Assembly (NCBI GenBank): GCA_902779865.1
Contig: CACZDG010000007.1
Location: 8,958-72,957, forward strand
Direction of reading: 5' to 3'
Source: an uncultured bacterium
GTDB lineage: Bacteria; Verrucomicrobiota; Kiritimatiellia; RFP12; UBA1067
Length of the DNA stretch: 64,000 bases
The notes below the pieces were generated by a model. That model was not told the DNA's origin. It searched no databases and was given only the letters and a program-made list of their open reading frames with translations. Numbering within the stretch: the stretch's first letter is position 1; each line of letters opens with the position of its first letter. This document shows positions 46,803 to 54,425 of the stretch, one piece after another. A program made the position numbers and the translations under genes.

Positions 46803-46844
46803 ATGGTGGTGCGCCTGAGGGCAATGTTCTGTGGCGGAGAAGGG

Positions 46845-46868
46845 AAAAATCTGCGATGATTTTTTTTT
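46845..46868 (+). terminator. Weak AT-rich hairpin plus T-run after the glycopolymer operon
   Basis: AAAAATC-TGCGAT-GATTTTT followed by TTTT. The stem is AT-only, so it is marginal. Confidence 0.35.
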
Positions 46869-46878
46869 CATTTTCCCC

Positions 46879-46907
46879 TTGCATCTGGAAACGCGATATG
46901 ATACAAT
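46879..46907 (+). promoter_or_regulatory. Sigma70-like promoter TTGCAT-N17-TACAAT for the low-GC block
   Basis: TTGCAT at 46879-46884 and TACAAT at 46902-46907 with 17-nt spacing. Confidence 0.45.
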
Positions 46908-46914
46908 ATTTGCG

Positions 46915-47205
46915 CTTTCGAGGAACTAGGCGGGTTTCGGACATTGTGTCCGGGCCTAGGAATAACCGGGCTCAATGAAAGTTGACCCGCAAGACGTTTC
47001 AAGGAAGTGAGTGGTGAGGAGCGCGAAACTCAAATCGTTCCAATCTGCTGAATGGCATAACATGTGTGCCGACCGTGTTCACGCGGGTGCAATAAAGTGA
47101 AGCGGTACGATACCACCGGAAAGAACGGATCAACCGGGTAGCTCCGGTCGGAAGGGTGCGGAAGTCCGCGCCTAGAAGAGAAAAGCCAAAGGAAAAAGAA
47201 CAACA
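46915..47205 (+). promoter_or_regulatory. About 290-nt untranslated leader, candidate structured RNA
   Basis: No ORF. Hairpin CTAGGCGGGTTTCGGACATTGTGTCCGGGCCTAG at 46925-46959. The motif GTCCG(G/C)GCCTAG recurs at 47164-47175, allowing alternative pairing with the CTAGGCGGG arm. Confidence 0.35.
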
Positions 47206-47997
47206 ATGAAGAAACTCATTATTGGTGCTGCTGTTGCAACCATCGCTGCTGGTGCGTTCGCGGCGGCATGCAGTGAAGTTAAGGATTGTGCGGCTTGGGA
47301 TGTGAAGTTCAATCTCAAGACGCTCACCCCCAAGAAGACCAATTGCGGTAAGGATGCATGTGGTGAATCGCTCGGTTCGGTTTACTACCTTGATTCTGTT
47401 TCTCGCAAGATTGAAGGTTACATGTGGGCATGTGAGTATGATTGCGCGGAGAGCGATGAGTACTACATCACACTGTGGGATAAGAAGAACAAGAAGGCTG
47501 TTGTCGCTTATAGCGCAGAAGAAACTCAGACTGTTCCTGTCCCTGCCGATGATCTCCTCGTTTATGGCAAGAAGGCAACCAAGGTCGCTGGCACGTTCGT
47601 GTTCGAGGGGCTGATGGATGATGTCGGCGATGAGGCGTTCAACATTACGGCCGCAGGTATCAACGGCAAGTTCCAGAAGGGTGATAAGTGCTACATCAAG
47701 TCGCTGTCTGGCTATGCTGCTGGTAAGGTGAAGCTCTATGTGCCTACTGCCAAGACACCGAAGGGTTCGAAGGGTACTCTCTGCGAGGATCCTGAGCCTG
47801 TTGATCCTTGCGAGGATGTCCTTCTTCGTGCGGCGACCTTCTGCGATGCGTGCTGCTGGGAGACGTGGTGTGATGACACTTACGACTACGGTGAGACGCT
47901 TGTTCCGGCCGCTGGAACTTGGTCTATGAAGTACAACAAGAAGGTGTCCAAGGGGACGAAGTCGATGTCCCAGTTGATTCCTAGCTATGCTCTCTAA
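47206..47997 (+). CDS. Secreted cysteine-rich protein, family A copy 1 (paralog of 56720-57502)
   Basis: Signal peptide MKKLIIGAAVATIAAGAFAAA. 13 Cys by my count. Shares with copy 2 the blocks KIEGYMWACEYDC/KIKGVFWGCDC, CWETWC/CECAEGG, AAGTWSMKYNKK/ASGTWKLKYNAA and IPSYAL/FPSYVK. Confidence 0.7.
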   Translation: MKKLIIGAAVATIAAGAFAAACSEVKDCAAWDVKFNLKTLTPKKTNCGKDACGESLGSVYYLDSVSRKIEGYMWACEYDCAESDEYYITLWDKKNKKAVVAYSAEETQTVPVPADDLLVYGKKATKVAGTFVFEGLMDDVGDEAFNITAAGINGKFQKGDKCYIKSLSGYAAGKVKLYVPTAKTPKGSKGTLCEDPEPVDPCEDVLLRAATFCDACCWETWCDDTYDYGETLVPAAGTWSMKYNKKVSKGTKSMSQLIPSYAL

Positions 47998-48084
47998 TGA
48001 GGGTGTAAGGTTGTAACTTACAAAGTGGGGGGAGGTGGCAAAGGCTACTTCCCCCCATAATTGTAATACCTACAAGATACGCAC

Positions 48085-49131
48085 ATGTTAAAGTTACTCA
48101 CGACAGGTATTGTTGTATTTTTGATGTTGTTTGGTAGCGTGGGAATGGCTGCGCCAGTGCTTGAGCGTTTTATTCCTGTGAAGCCATCTTCTGGTATTGT
48201 TCTAGTACGTGTAAATGGGGTTGATATCACTCGAGCACAGTTGGACAGAAAACTTGACATGATGGTGGCCCTCTTGAAGAATAAAAAGAAAACTATGACT
48301 TCAGACGAAGTGGCAAAATTTAAGAAGAAGAATCTAATACCATTGAGTAACGCTCTCCTCTACCAGAAAATACTTGAAACTAATCTTGCCAGTTCAAATA
48401 TAATATCAAACGCGGCAGCGGAGAGAGAGGTGAAAAATGAGTTTCTTAGAAAATTTGGTAAACGAAAGCAATCATGGCAGGATTTGGTTGCGTATGTAAA
48501 GGGAACTGGGTTTGATAAGGATTTCAATGATAGATTTGCATTTGAGATTCGCCTTCGCAGTTTCTTTATGACAGTACATTCGAATCAGTATTATGTGACT
48601 CAGTCGGACATTGAAAAAGTAAAGGCAGATGTGTCAGCTTATAATAAGCGAGCAGCAGCGACAAATAAGGTAACACTTGCCTATGCCCAAAATATCTTGA
48701 AGAAGGCAAGATCTGGTGAAGATTTTGCAAAGTTGGCCAATCATTATTCACAAGACAAGGATCAGAATGATGGGGGAAGTTTGGGTGATTGCGATGAATC
48801 TGATTTTCTCGGAGGCGATCAGTATGTTTGGAAGATTTTAAATTCATTGAAAGTTGGGGATGTCAGTGATATCTTGCAGACGGAAGAAGGATATGTGATT
48901 TATAAGGTCGTTCGGCGTAACACGGCAGAGCAATCTCAAACTGGAAGCGCATCTTTGACATTGTCTAGAATCTTTTTTCGATGTGCATATTTATTTCCCG
49001 AGCAGACGGATGAAGAGTTAAGGGATGATGTTGAAAGAGAGAAGCGAGAAAAGTTGGCAATTGATGTTTACAAGGCGTTTCGCGCCCAAAGCAAGGTTTC
49101 TTATCCAAATGGCCCAGTAAGGGTAAAATGA
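48085..49131 (+). CDS. PpiC/parvulin-type peptidyl-prolyl isomerase (SurA/PrsA-like foldase)
   Basis: Signal or anchor MLKLLTTGIVVFLMLFGSVGMA. Parvulin block FAKLANHYSQDKDQNDGGSLGD...LKVGDVSDILQTEEGYVIYKV. The most AT-rich gene in the window. Confidence 0.8.
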   Translation: MLKLLTTGIVVFLMLFGSVGMAAPVLERFIPVKPSSGIVLVRVNGVDITRAQLDRKLDMMVALLKNKKKTMTSDEVAKFKKKNLIPLSNALLYQKILETNLASSNIISNAAAEREVKNEFLRKFGKRKQSWQDLVAYVKGTGFDKDFNDRFAFEIRLRSFFMTVHSNQYYVTQSDIEKVKADVSAYNKRAAATNKVTLAYAQNILKKARSGEDFAKLANHYSQDKDQNDGGSLGDCDESDFLGGDQYVWKILNSLKVGDVSDILQTEEGYVIYKVVRRNTAEQSQTGSASLTLSRIFFRCAYLFPEQTDEELRDDVEREKREKLAIDVYKAFRAQSKVSYPNGPVRVK

Positions 49132-49144
49132 AAGGTAAAGCTAA

Positions 49145-50395
49145 ATGAAACTGAAAACGGTAATCCTGACAATTGCATGTGCGGCTAGTAGTGTCGTATC
49201 TGCAGCATCCCTTAACGACGTTCAGTCGAATGTTGTACCTGGTGAATGGACAAGCAGTTATTCTGTAGCAAAGAAATATGCAGAAGACAATGGTGTGCCA
49301 ATGCTTGTTTTTTGGTCCAGCCCTGGATGTGCAAAATGCAGTAAAATGAAGGTTGCATGTAATACTGCTGAGTTTGTCACTTGGCGAAAAGCGAGAAAGT
49401 TAATCATGGTGTTTTCAGAGGGGGATTCGACCGTAAAGGCTTTTGCTAGAAATTCATCAGGGGATTATCCATATATGCGTCTTTATTGGCCTAAAGGTGG
49501 CGTTGATCTAAAGTTTACAGGTCGCTCAACCTCAATAAGAGCTTCGGGAAATACTTTACAGGCTCAACTCATGAACTACGTTGATGCAAATGTCAAGGCA
49601 TGGATTAGTGGTGGCGGTGATGCTGGTGGGGGCACAGAGGTGACACCAACTCCCACGCCCACCCCCACGCCCACTCCAGCAGATCTTTCTGCGTGGAAAA
49701 AAGCCCGTTTCCTCTACGGTTCATACTATACTAGCAATGGTGCGTTCGCTGGGCGCGTGGTGCTTACGGCTGGAAAGATTAATGCAAGGGGGGCCTCTAG
49801 AATCAAGGCTACGGTGATGGGATTCGATGGCCGGTCTAGGACATTTGGTCAGAAGTCTTTCACGGTGACTGGTACGACGACTGGTACACTGTCGAGTTCC
49901 GTAGGGACGTATGCATTCTCCATCAACGGTTCGTCGATTTCTGGCACTTTGACACGTGACGGCGTGGCATATTATGTAAAACCCGTGAAGACTGGGGGGA
50001 CATTGTCTGATGGGGCGTTCACCTTTAAACTCATCGATTATCCTGAGAAATGTGAAGGGTATCCGCTTATTCATGGTGCAAGTTATCTACCGATTTCGCA
50101 GTCCTTCACGTCCCGTTCGTCAAAGTGGTCTTTCGCGAGGCGGGGGGCGTTGCGTTACGTTACAAAAAGCGGCGACTTTGTCATGTCCGCTACGGATAAT
50201 CCTTCTGGCCTCAAGTTGTCATATAGAAGCACAAACGGCTATTTCAAGGGTACGTTCACGGTCTATGCCGCGCGTAATGGGAAGTATGTCAAGCGTTATT
50301 CAGCAAAGGTATCTGGTTTTATGGTTGGCAATTCCGGTGAGGGTGTTGTGACCATCAACAAAGTGGGTACGTTCAGCTGTACGATCACGCGCTGA
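49145..50395 (+). CDS. Secreted thioredoxin-fold (CxxC = CAKC) protein with TP-repeat linker and shared C-terminal module
   Basis: Signal peptide, VVPGEWTSSY, PMLVFWSSPGCAKCSKM, linker TPTPTPTPTPTP. C-terminus DNPSGLKLSYRSTNGYFKGTFTVYAARNGKYVKRYSAKVSGFMVGNSGEGVVTINKVG. Confidence 0.7.
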   Translation: MKLKTVILTIACAASSVVSAASLNDVQSNVVPGEWTSSYSVAKKYAEDNGVPMLVFWSSPGCAKCSKMKVACNTAEFVTWRKARKLIMVFSEGDSTVKAFARNSSGDYPYMRLYWPKGGVDLKFTGRSTSIRASGNTLQAQLMNYVDANVKAWISGGGDAGGGTEVTPTPTPTPTPTPADLSAWKKARFLYGSYYTSNGAFAGRVVLTAGKINARGASRIKATVMGFDGRSRTFGQKSFTVTGTTTGTLSSSVGTYAFSINGSSISGTLTRDGVAYYVKPVKTGGTLSDGAFTFKLIDYPEKCEGYPLIHGASYLPISQSFTSRSSKWSFARRGALRYVTKSGDFVMSATDNPSGLKLSYRSTNGYFKGTFTVYAARNGKYVKRYSAKVSGFMVGNSGEGVVTINKVGTFSCTITR

Positions 50396-50402
50396 CAAAT
50401 AA

Positions 50403-52115
50403 ATGGACAGAAGGTTTATAATTCTGTCGCTTTTGGCCGGTTTGGTGCTATGCACCATCGGCCAGGAGTCGTCTTTTGTGCCCGTCAATGGGCAGATGTA
50501 TCGCATGCGGCAGCCTGACGGTGTTGTGCGCATGTTTTTGCGCGACAATGACGAGCCGAATCTCCTTCACGGCGAAGGAGGTTGGACCGCCGAGCTTGAC
50601 GGGCGAAAGACTTTGGTAATGAACGATGCCGATCAGGATAAGGATCGGCGCGGCTTTTTGTTCTTGAATGGTTATTTGCGGAAGCAATTGGTTGGCGACC
50701 GCGAGATTGACGTTCGAGTTCCGCCTCCTGGTAGCGATGCTAAAGCACTTGCAGAACTTTGGCCAGTAAAGGAGGCACGTTTGGTCGCGGCGGAAGCGCC
50801 GGACATTTGGAGCGGCGGTCCGCGCATTCGGCTGTGGTTTGACAATCCGAACAAGGCCGGCTTCCTTTTTGCGGAGATTGCGCTTGCGGCTCTTGCTCTG
50901 CTCTTTTGCAGGCCGGTTTGGCTGCGGATTGTCGGCGCGGCCGTATCGCTTGCGTCGTTTATCGGATTGGTGCAGACGTCTTCCCGAGGGGCGCTGCTTG
51001 CGTTCCTGTGCGGTGTCGCAGCAATTGGCGCAGTGCGCTTCAAAAGTGTGTTCACAGCTAAAAGGTTGCTTGTTGTCGCCGCTGTGATTGGCGTGGCCAT
51101 TGGATGTCTGTTCGCCTCTGGGCAGTTCGAGCGTCTGGGCAAGAATCTTTTCAATGAGGGGCAACGCGAAACGAGCCGCCTGACGGTGTGGAAGGAGGTT
51201 CCGCGTATGATGGTGGATGCTCCGGATGGATGGGGATTCGGACAATCGGCAAGAGCATACATCGATTGGTATCAACCACAGAGCGTATGCCTGCTGAAGA
51301 ATTTGATCAGCGACCATCTCACCTTTCTCGTGGAAGCTGGTTGGCCGTTGCGCTTTGCATACGTATTTCTTTGGCTAGCAATAGGTAGTGTGCTGGCATG
51401 GTTGTCCGTGCAAGGTGCATCGCCAGTCCCGATGGCCATTATTGCGGCATTTGCGGTTGCGGGCTGCTTCAATCCCGTTGTTTTTGTTCCAGAACTATGG
51501 GTGATTCCGGTAACGGCCGTTGTGTGTTTGGCAATATTTCGTTTTCATGACTGGTTTGCCAGGAAAACGCTTGTGCCAGTAGCCATTGCAGCTCTGCTCA
51601 CGATGCTTGCCGCCGTTGGCGTTTACATTTGGGGATCGGCGGTATCTCCGAAAGTGTCCGTTCACAAGACGGGTGGAGCCGTTTGCTTAAATGGCGAGAA
51701 TCCGTCAATCTGGGTTGTTGACGACGACTATGTGTTGCATGGTGGCTATTGGTGGTTGGCTGGCCGCGAACTGCGTGATTCGCTTGAATCGCTGAAGACT
51801 TCTTCTTCGCTTGGGTACGTTCGCTCCGTGGCCGATTTGCCTAAGGATACAGACGTGATTGTGCTGCTTGGTGAGGCTGGCCGTGATTTCCTTGAACTGC
51901 AAAGCCGACCGGGTGCGAAGAAGGTTGTGTTCGTTTCGCCTCCATTTCCATGGCAGACCGTTCCTCTGTCGTTGTTGTCCACAAGCGAGGTATCGTTTGT
52001 GCTTGGTGGGGTAGCGGCGCGGCGTATTGCGGGAGAGGCATCGCCTCCTTCGTGGGTGACGATTGTGCCAGGCTCTGAACTTTATGTTCCCAACTGGCTC
52101 AAATTTGTGCTATAA
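50403..52115 (+). CDS. O-antigen ligase / Wzy_C-family membrane protein with extra N- and C-terminal domains
   Basis: LVQTSSRGALLAFLCGVAAIG, R..VWKEVPRMMVDAPDGWGFGQ and SDHLTFLVEAGWPLRF fit the O-antigen-ligase loop and His motif. About 150-aa N-terminal and about 170-aa C-terminal non-membrane extensions. Confidence 0.65.
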   Translation: MDRRFIILSLLAGLVLCTIGQESSFVPVNGQMYRMRQPDGVVRMFLRDNDEPNLLHGEGGWTAELDGRKTLVMNDADQDKDRRGFLFLNGYLRKQLVGDREIDVRVPPPGSDAKALAELWPVKEARLVAAEAPDIWSGGPRIRLWFDNPNKAGFLFAEIALAALALLFCRPVWLRIVGAAVSLASFIGLVQTSSRGALLAFLCGVAAIGAVRFKSVFTAKRLLVVAAVIGVAIGCLFASGQFERLGKNLFNEGQRETSRLTVWKEVPRMMVDAPDGWGFGQSARAYIDWYQPQSVCLLKNLISDHLTFLVEAGWPLRFAYVFLWLAIGSVLAWLSVQGASPVPMAIIAAFAVAGCFNPVVFVPELWVIPVTAVVCLAIFRFHDWFARKTLVPVAIAALLTMLAAVGVYIWGSAVSPKVSVHKTGGAVCLNGENPSIWVVDDDYVLHGGYWWLAGRELRDSLESLKTSSSLGYVRSVADLPKDTDVIVLLGEAGRDFLELQSRPGAKKVVFVSPPFPWQTVPLSLLSTSEVSFVLGGVAARRIAGEASPPSWVTIVPGSELYVPNWLKFVL

Positions 52116-52116
52116 T
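52108..52116 (+). promoter_or_regulatory. Extended -10 box TGCTATAAT overlapping the Wzy_C stop codon, followed by a 5' stem-loop at 52126-52144
   Basis: Exact TGnTATAAT. CACGCCC-ATGTC-GGGCGTG hairpin begins about 10 nt downstream. AAAGGAAA Shine-Dalgarno before the ATG at 52167. Confidence 0.45.
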
Positions 52117-52166
52117 ATTAGTCGACACGCCCATGTCGGGCGTGACAAAAGAAAGGAAATGAGTAA

Positions 52167-52655
52167 ATGAAAATTAGAAAATTCGTTGTGTGGGCGATGG
52201 TTGTTATGCTGCCGATCGCCGTTTTCTCGAAATCCTCGCTTAAGACTTTGGTGCTTGGCGATGATATCGTGTTGGAGCCTGAAAGTTCCTTGACGTTTAC
52301 TTTGGCTGGAGACTTGGAAGACCTTGCATTCCCCTACGAGTTGCTTCCATTCTCGCCCGACGGCGTTGATGTGGAATGGACCGGCAAGAAGTTCAAGACG
52401 CCCAAGGCAGGAAAGGTTAAGTACATCAAGAGCGACGAGGACTTCGGCGACTCGAAGGATTCGGACAATCCGTGTGGGCTGAAGATCAGCATCAACAAAA
52501 AGACTGGTAAGGTGAGCGGCTCATTCAAGGTCTATACGGCAAAGACTGAAAAGAAGCTTAAAACTTACACTGCCAAGGTTTCAGGGTATGTTGGGAGTGA
52601 GTCGCTTACGGTAACGATCAAGAAGATCGGGACGGTTGCGGCTTCGCTAGAATAG
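52167..52655 (+). CDS. Small secreted protein consisting essentially of the shared C-terminal module
   Basis: Signal peptide MKIRKFVVWAMVVMLPIAVFS. The block PDGVDVEWTGKKFKTPKAGKVKYIK...DNPCGLKISINKKTGKVSGSFKVYTAKTEKKLKTYTAKVSGYV...IKKIG aligns with the C-termini of 49145, 54426 and 57517. Confidence 0.7.
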   Translation: MKIRKFVVWAMVVMLPIAVFSKSSLKTLVLGDDIVLEPESSLTFTLAGDLEDLAFPYELLPFSPDGVDVEWTGKKFKTPKAGKVKYIKSDEDFGDSKDSDNPCGLKISINKKTGKVSGSFKVYTAKTEKKLKTYTAKVSGYVGSESLTVTIKKIGTVAASLE

Positions 52656-52683
52656 TTTTGTTCCAACGTTCAAGGATTGACAA

Positions 52684-53805
52684 ATGCGGTGGAGTTGTCA
52701 TCTTTTTGCGATTGTTTTTCTGACGGCGCTATCGTCGGCTGCTTTCAGTATTCCAATCTCATGCGGGGAAGTTGTTCCGGGTGAGTGGAATGCTGATTTT
52801 TCAGCCGTTCTTGAAAGGTCCAATCGTGAGCATTTGCCAATGCTGCTTGTTCGCGCCAGCGAGGGGTGTCCTCTTTGCGCGCGATTGAATCAAGCGTTGG
52901 ACGGGGAGGCCTTTTCGCAATGGCAGAAAGACCGCAAGTTGTTGATGGCGTATATCCGCACAAGTGGCCAGAATGCAGTCTCTAAGCGGGTGCAGAACTT
53001 CATCAAGTCCGTTTCGGGGGAGTTGCCAGAATTCCCGTATGTATGCGTTTACTGGCCCAAAGCCGATGGTACGACGAATAGTGTAGCTTTTGCCGGACGT
53101 CGCGGCGAGATGGGAACTGAACGCAAGGATTTGCTCTCCGTTGAGTTCATGACGGCCGTTGATAGAACTATTCAGGATTATTTGGCGCAGGATTCGCAGC
53201 ATGCAACGATTGAACAAATCCTCGCGAAAAGCGTAAAGAAAATTGCCTGCGCAAAAGCGGGGGCAGCGGGTTCCGTGGTCATGCGTCCCGAATCTGGAGT
53301 CTTGAATGAAGGAGGGAAAGTGATCCTTGAGGCACGGGCGGCTTCGGATGCGCTTTTTGTTGGATGGGAAGACCCTCAGGGGCGTTTTGTCGAATGGAAC
53401 TATCGTCTGGTCGTATCGGGGCGCATGCCTGCCGGCACTTATACTGCGCGTTTCCGTCCAAAGGAGGGATGCCCCCCACCGGCATTGACAACAGTGACGA
53501 CTTCCTTGTGTGTGCAAGTTGGTCGGAGGTTTAATTTATCGGTACCAGTCGATCCGACCAGTCGTCCGGTTCATTTCCGTGCTGCCCAGCGCTTGCCTAG
53601 GGGGGTGAAGCTTGACAAGGTTACTGGTGAACTTACCGGCTTGTTTCATAAAGAAGGTATTGTGCGTATTACAATTCTGGTTGTGGGATCGGACAAAGCA
53701 AACACTACAAAGTCCTATTCTGTCAACTTGACGATAGCCCCGAAGAGACGGCAATCCGTTTCAACTGCTATTGTGGACGAAAAAGCGGTGATGAGTTCGG
53801 AATGA
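52684..53805 (+). CDS. Secreted thioredoxin-fold (CxxC = CPLC) protein with Ig-like repeat domains
   Basis: VVPGEWNADF, PMLLVRASEGCPLCARL, YVCVYWPKADG parallel 49145. C-terminal GWEDPQGRFVEW (bacterial repeat-like) and RLPRGVKLDKVTGELTG (putative Ig domain). Confidence 0.65.
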   Translation: MRWSCHLFAIVFLTALSSAAFSIPISCGEVVPGEWNADFSAVLERSNREHLPMLLVRASEGCPLCARLNQALDGEAFSQWQKDRKLLMAYIRTSGQNAVSKRVQNFIKSVSGELPEFPYVCVYWPKADGTTNSVAFAGRRGEMGTERKDLLSVEFMTAVDRTIQDYLAQDSQHATIEQILAKSVKKIACAKAGAAGSVVMRPESGVLNEGGKVILEARAASDALFVGWEDPQGRFVEWNYRLVVSGRMPAGTYTARFRPKEGCPPPALTTVTTSLCVQVGRRFNLSVPVDPTSRPVHFRAAQRLPRGVKLDKVTGELTGLFHKEGIVRITILVVGSDKANTTKSYSVNLTIAPKRRQSVSTAIVDEKAVMSSE

Positions 53806-53815
53806 ATACACGCCA

Positions 53816-53965
53816 ATGAAGCGAGTGTTTCAATATTTTAACTGGTGGGTCGTGATGGGTACCATCGCCATTGCGGTGGTTTTGGGCATTCTCAATAATA
53901 TCCGTGTGTATGAGGAACAACGGGTGAATTGGTTTGGTGGCCCAGTTGTGGAATCAGAGGAATGA
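53816..53965 (+). CDS. 49-aa single-pass membrane protein (below the ORF-track cutoff)
   Basis: My translation is MKRVFQYFNWWVVMGTIAIAVVLGILNNIRVYEEQRVNWFGGPVVESEE. Its stop overlaps the MauE-like start region (TGATATG). Confidence 0.4.
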   Translation: MKRVFQYFNWWVVMGTIAIAVVLGILNNIRVYEEQRVNWFGGPVVESEE

Positions 53966-53966
53966 T

Positions 53967-54401
53967 ATGTGGTCGGCGGTACTAGTTTGGCTAGAGCGGC
54001 TGTGCCGCGTTGGATTAGGTAGCATGTTTGTCTATTCAGCCTGGGATAAAATCGCGGATCCAGGGCTGTTTGCCACGGTTGTGATGCGATACGAACTGCT
54101 GCCCGAAGTTGCGGTAGGGATGTTTTCGCTGACGCTGCCAATGCTAGAGATGTTAGTGGGGCTTTTGTTTTTATGCACGAAATGGTTGCGAGAGGCGGCA
54201 TTGTTGGCAACTGGCATGTTGTTGATGTTCTTGGGCGCATTGACGATTGCCATCGCACGCGGGCTGGAGATCGATTGCGGATGTTTCGGTATTTCGGGGG
54301 GAGGCAGGGCGGAATTGGTTCAAGCGGTAATACGCGACTTGGTGTTGTTGATGCCAACGGTGTGGTTGATTTTTCGACGTGAAAATTGGTTGTGGAAATA
54401 A
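53967..54401 (+). CDS. MauE/DoxX-family redox-associated membrane protein
   Basis: Four TM segments and the characteristic IDCGCFG motif. SAWDKIADPGLFATVVMRYELLP is typical of MauE-like proteins. Confidence 0.7.
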   Translation: MWSAVLVWLERLCRVGLGSMFVYSAWDKIADPGLFATVVMRYELLPEVAVGMFSLTLPMLEMLVGLLFLCTKWLREAALLATGMLLMFLGALTIAIARGLEIDCGCFGISGGGRAELVQAVIRDLVLLMPTVWLIFRRENWLWK

Positions 54402-54425
54402 TAAAGAAAGAAGAAGTAAAGTCAA

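Noticed and set aside
46915-47205. RNase P RNA, SRP/4.5S RNA, tmRNA, 6S RNA or cobalamin riboswitch in the long leader.
   Set aside because: I could not find the conserved cores. These are GAGGAAAGTCCGGGC and ACAGAA for RNase P, the GGAA/AGCA SRP domain IV motif, the tmRNA tag ORF or tRNA-like ends, and the B12 box. It is kept only as an unclassified candidate structured leader.
53830-54357. 175-aa minus-strand ORF overlapping the MauE-like gene.
   Set aside because: The + strand frame gives a four-TM protein with the CGCFG motif and fits the tight operon spacing. The minus-strand product has no motifs and no Shine-Dalgarno or promoter context.
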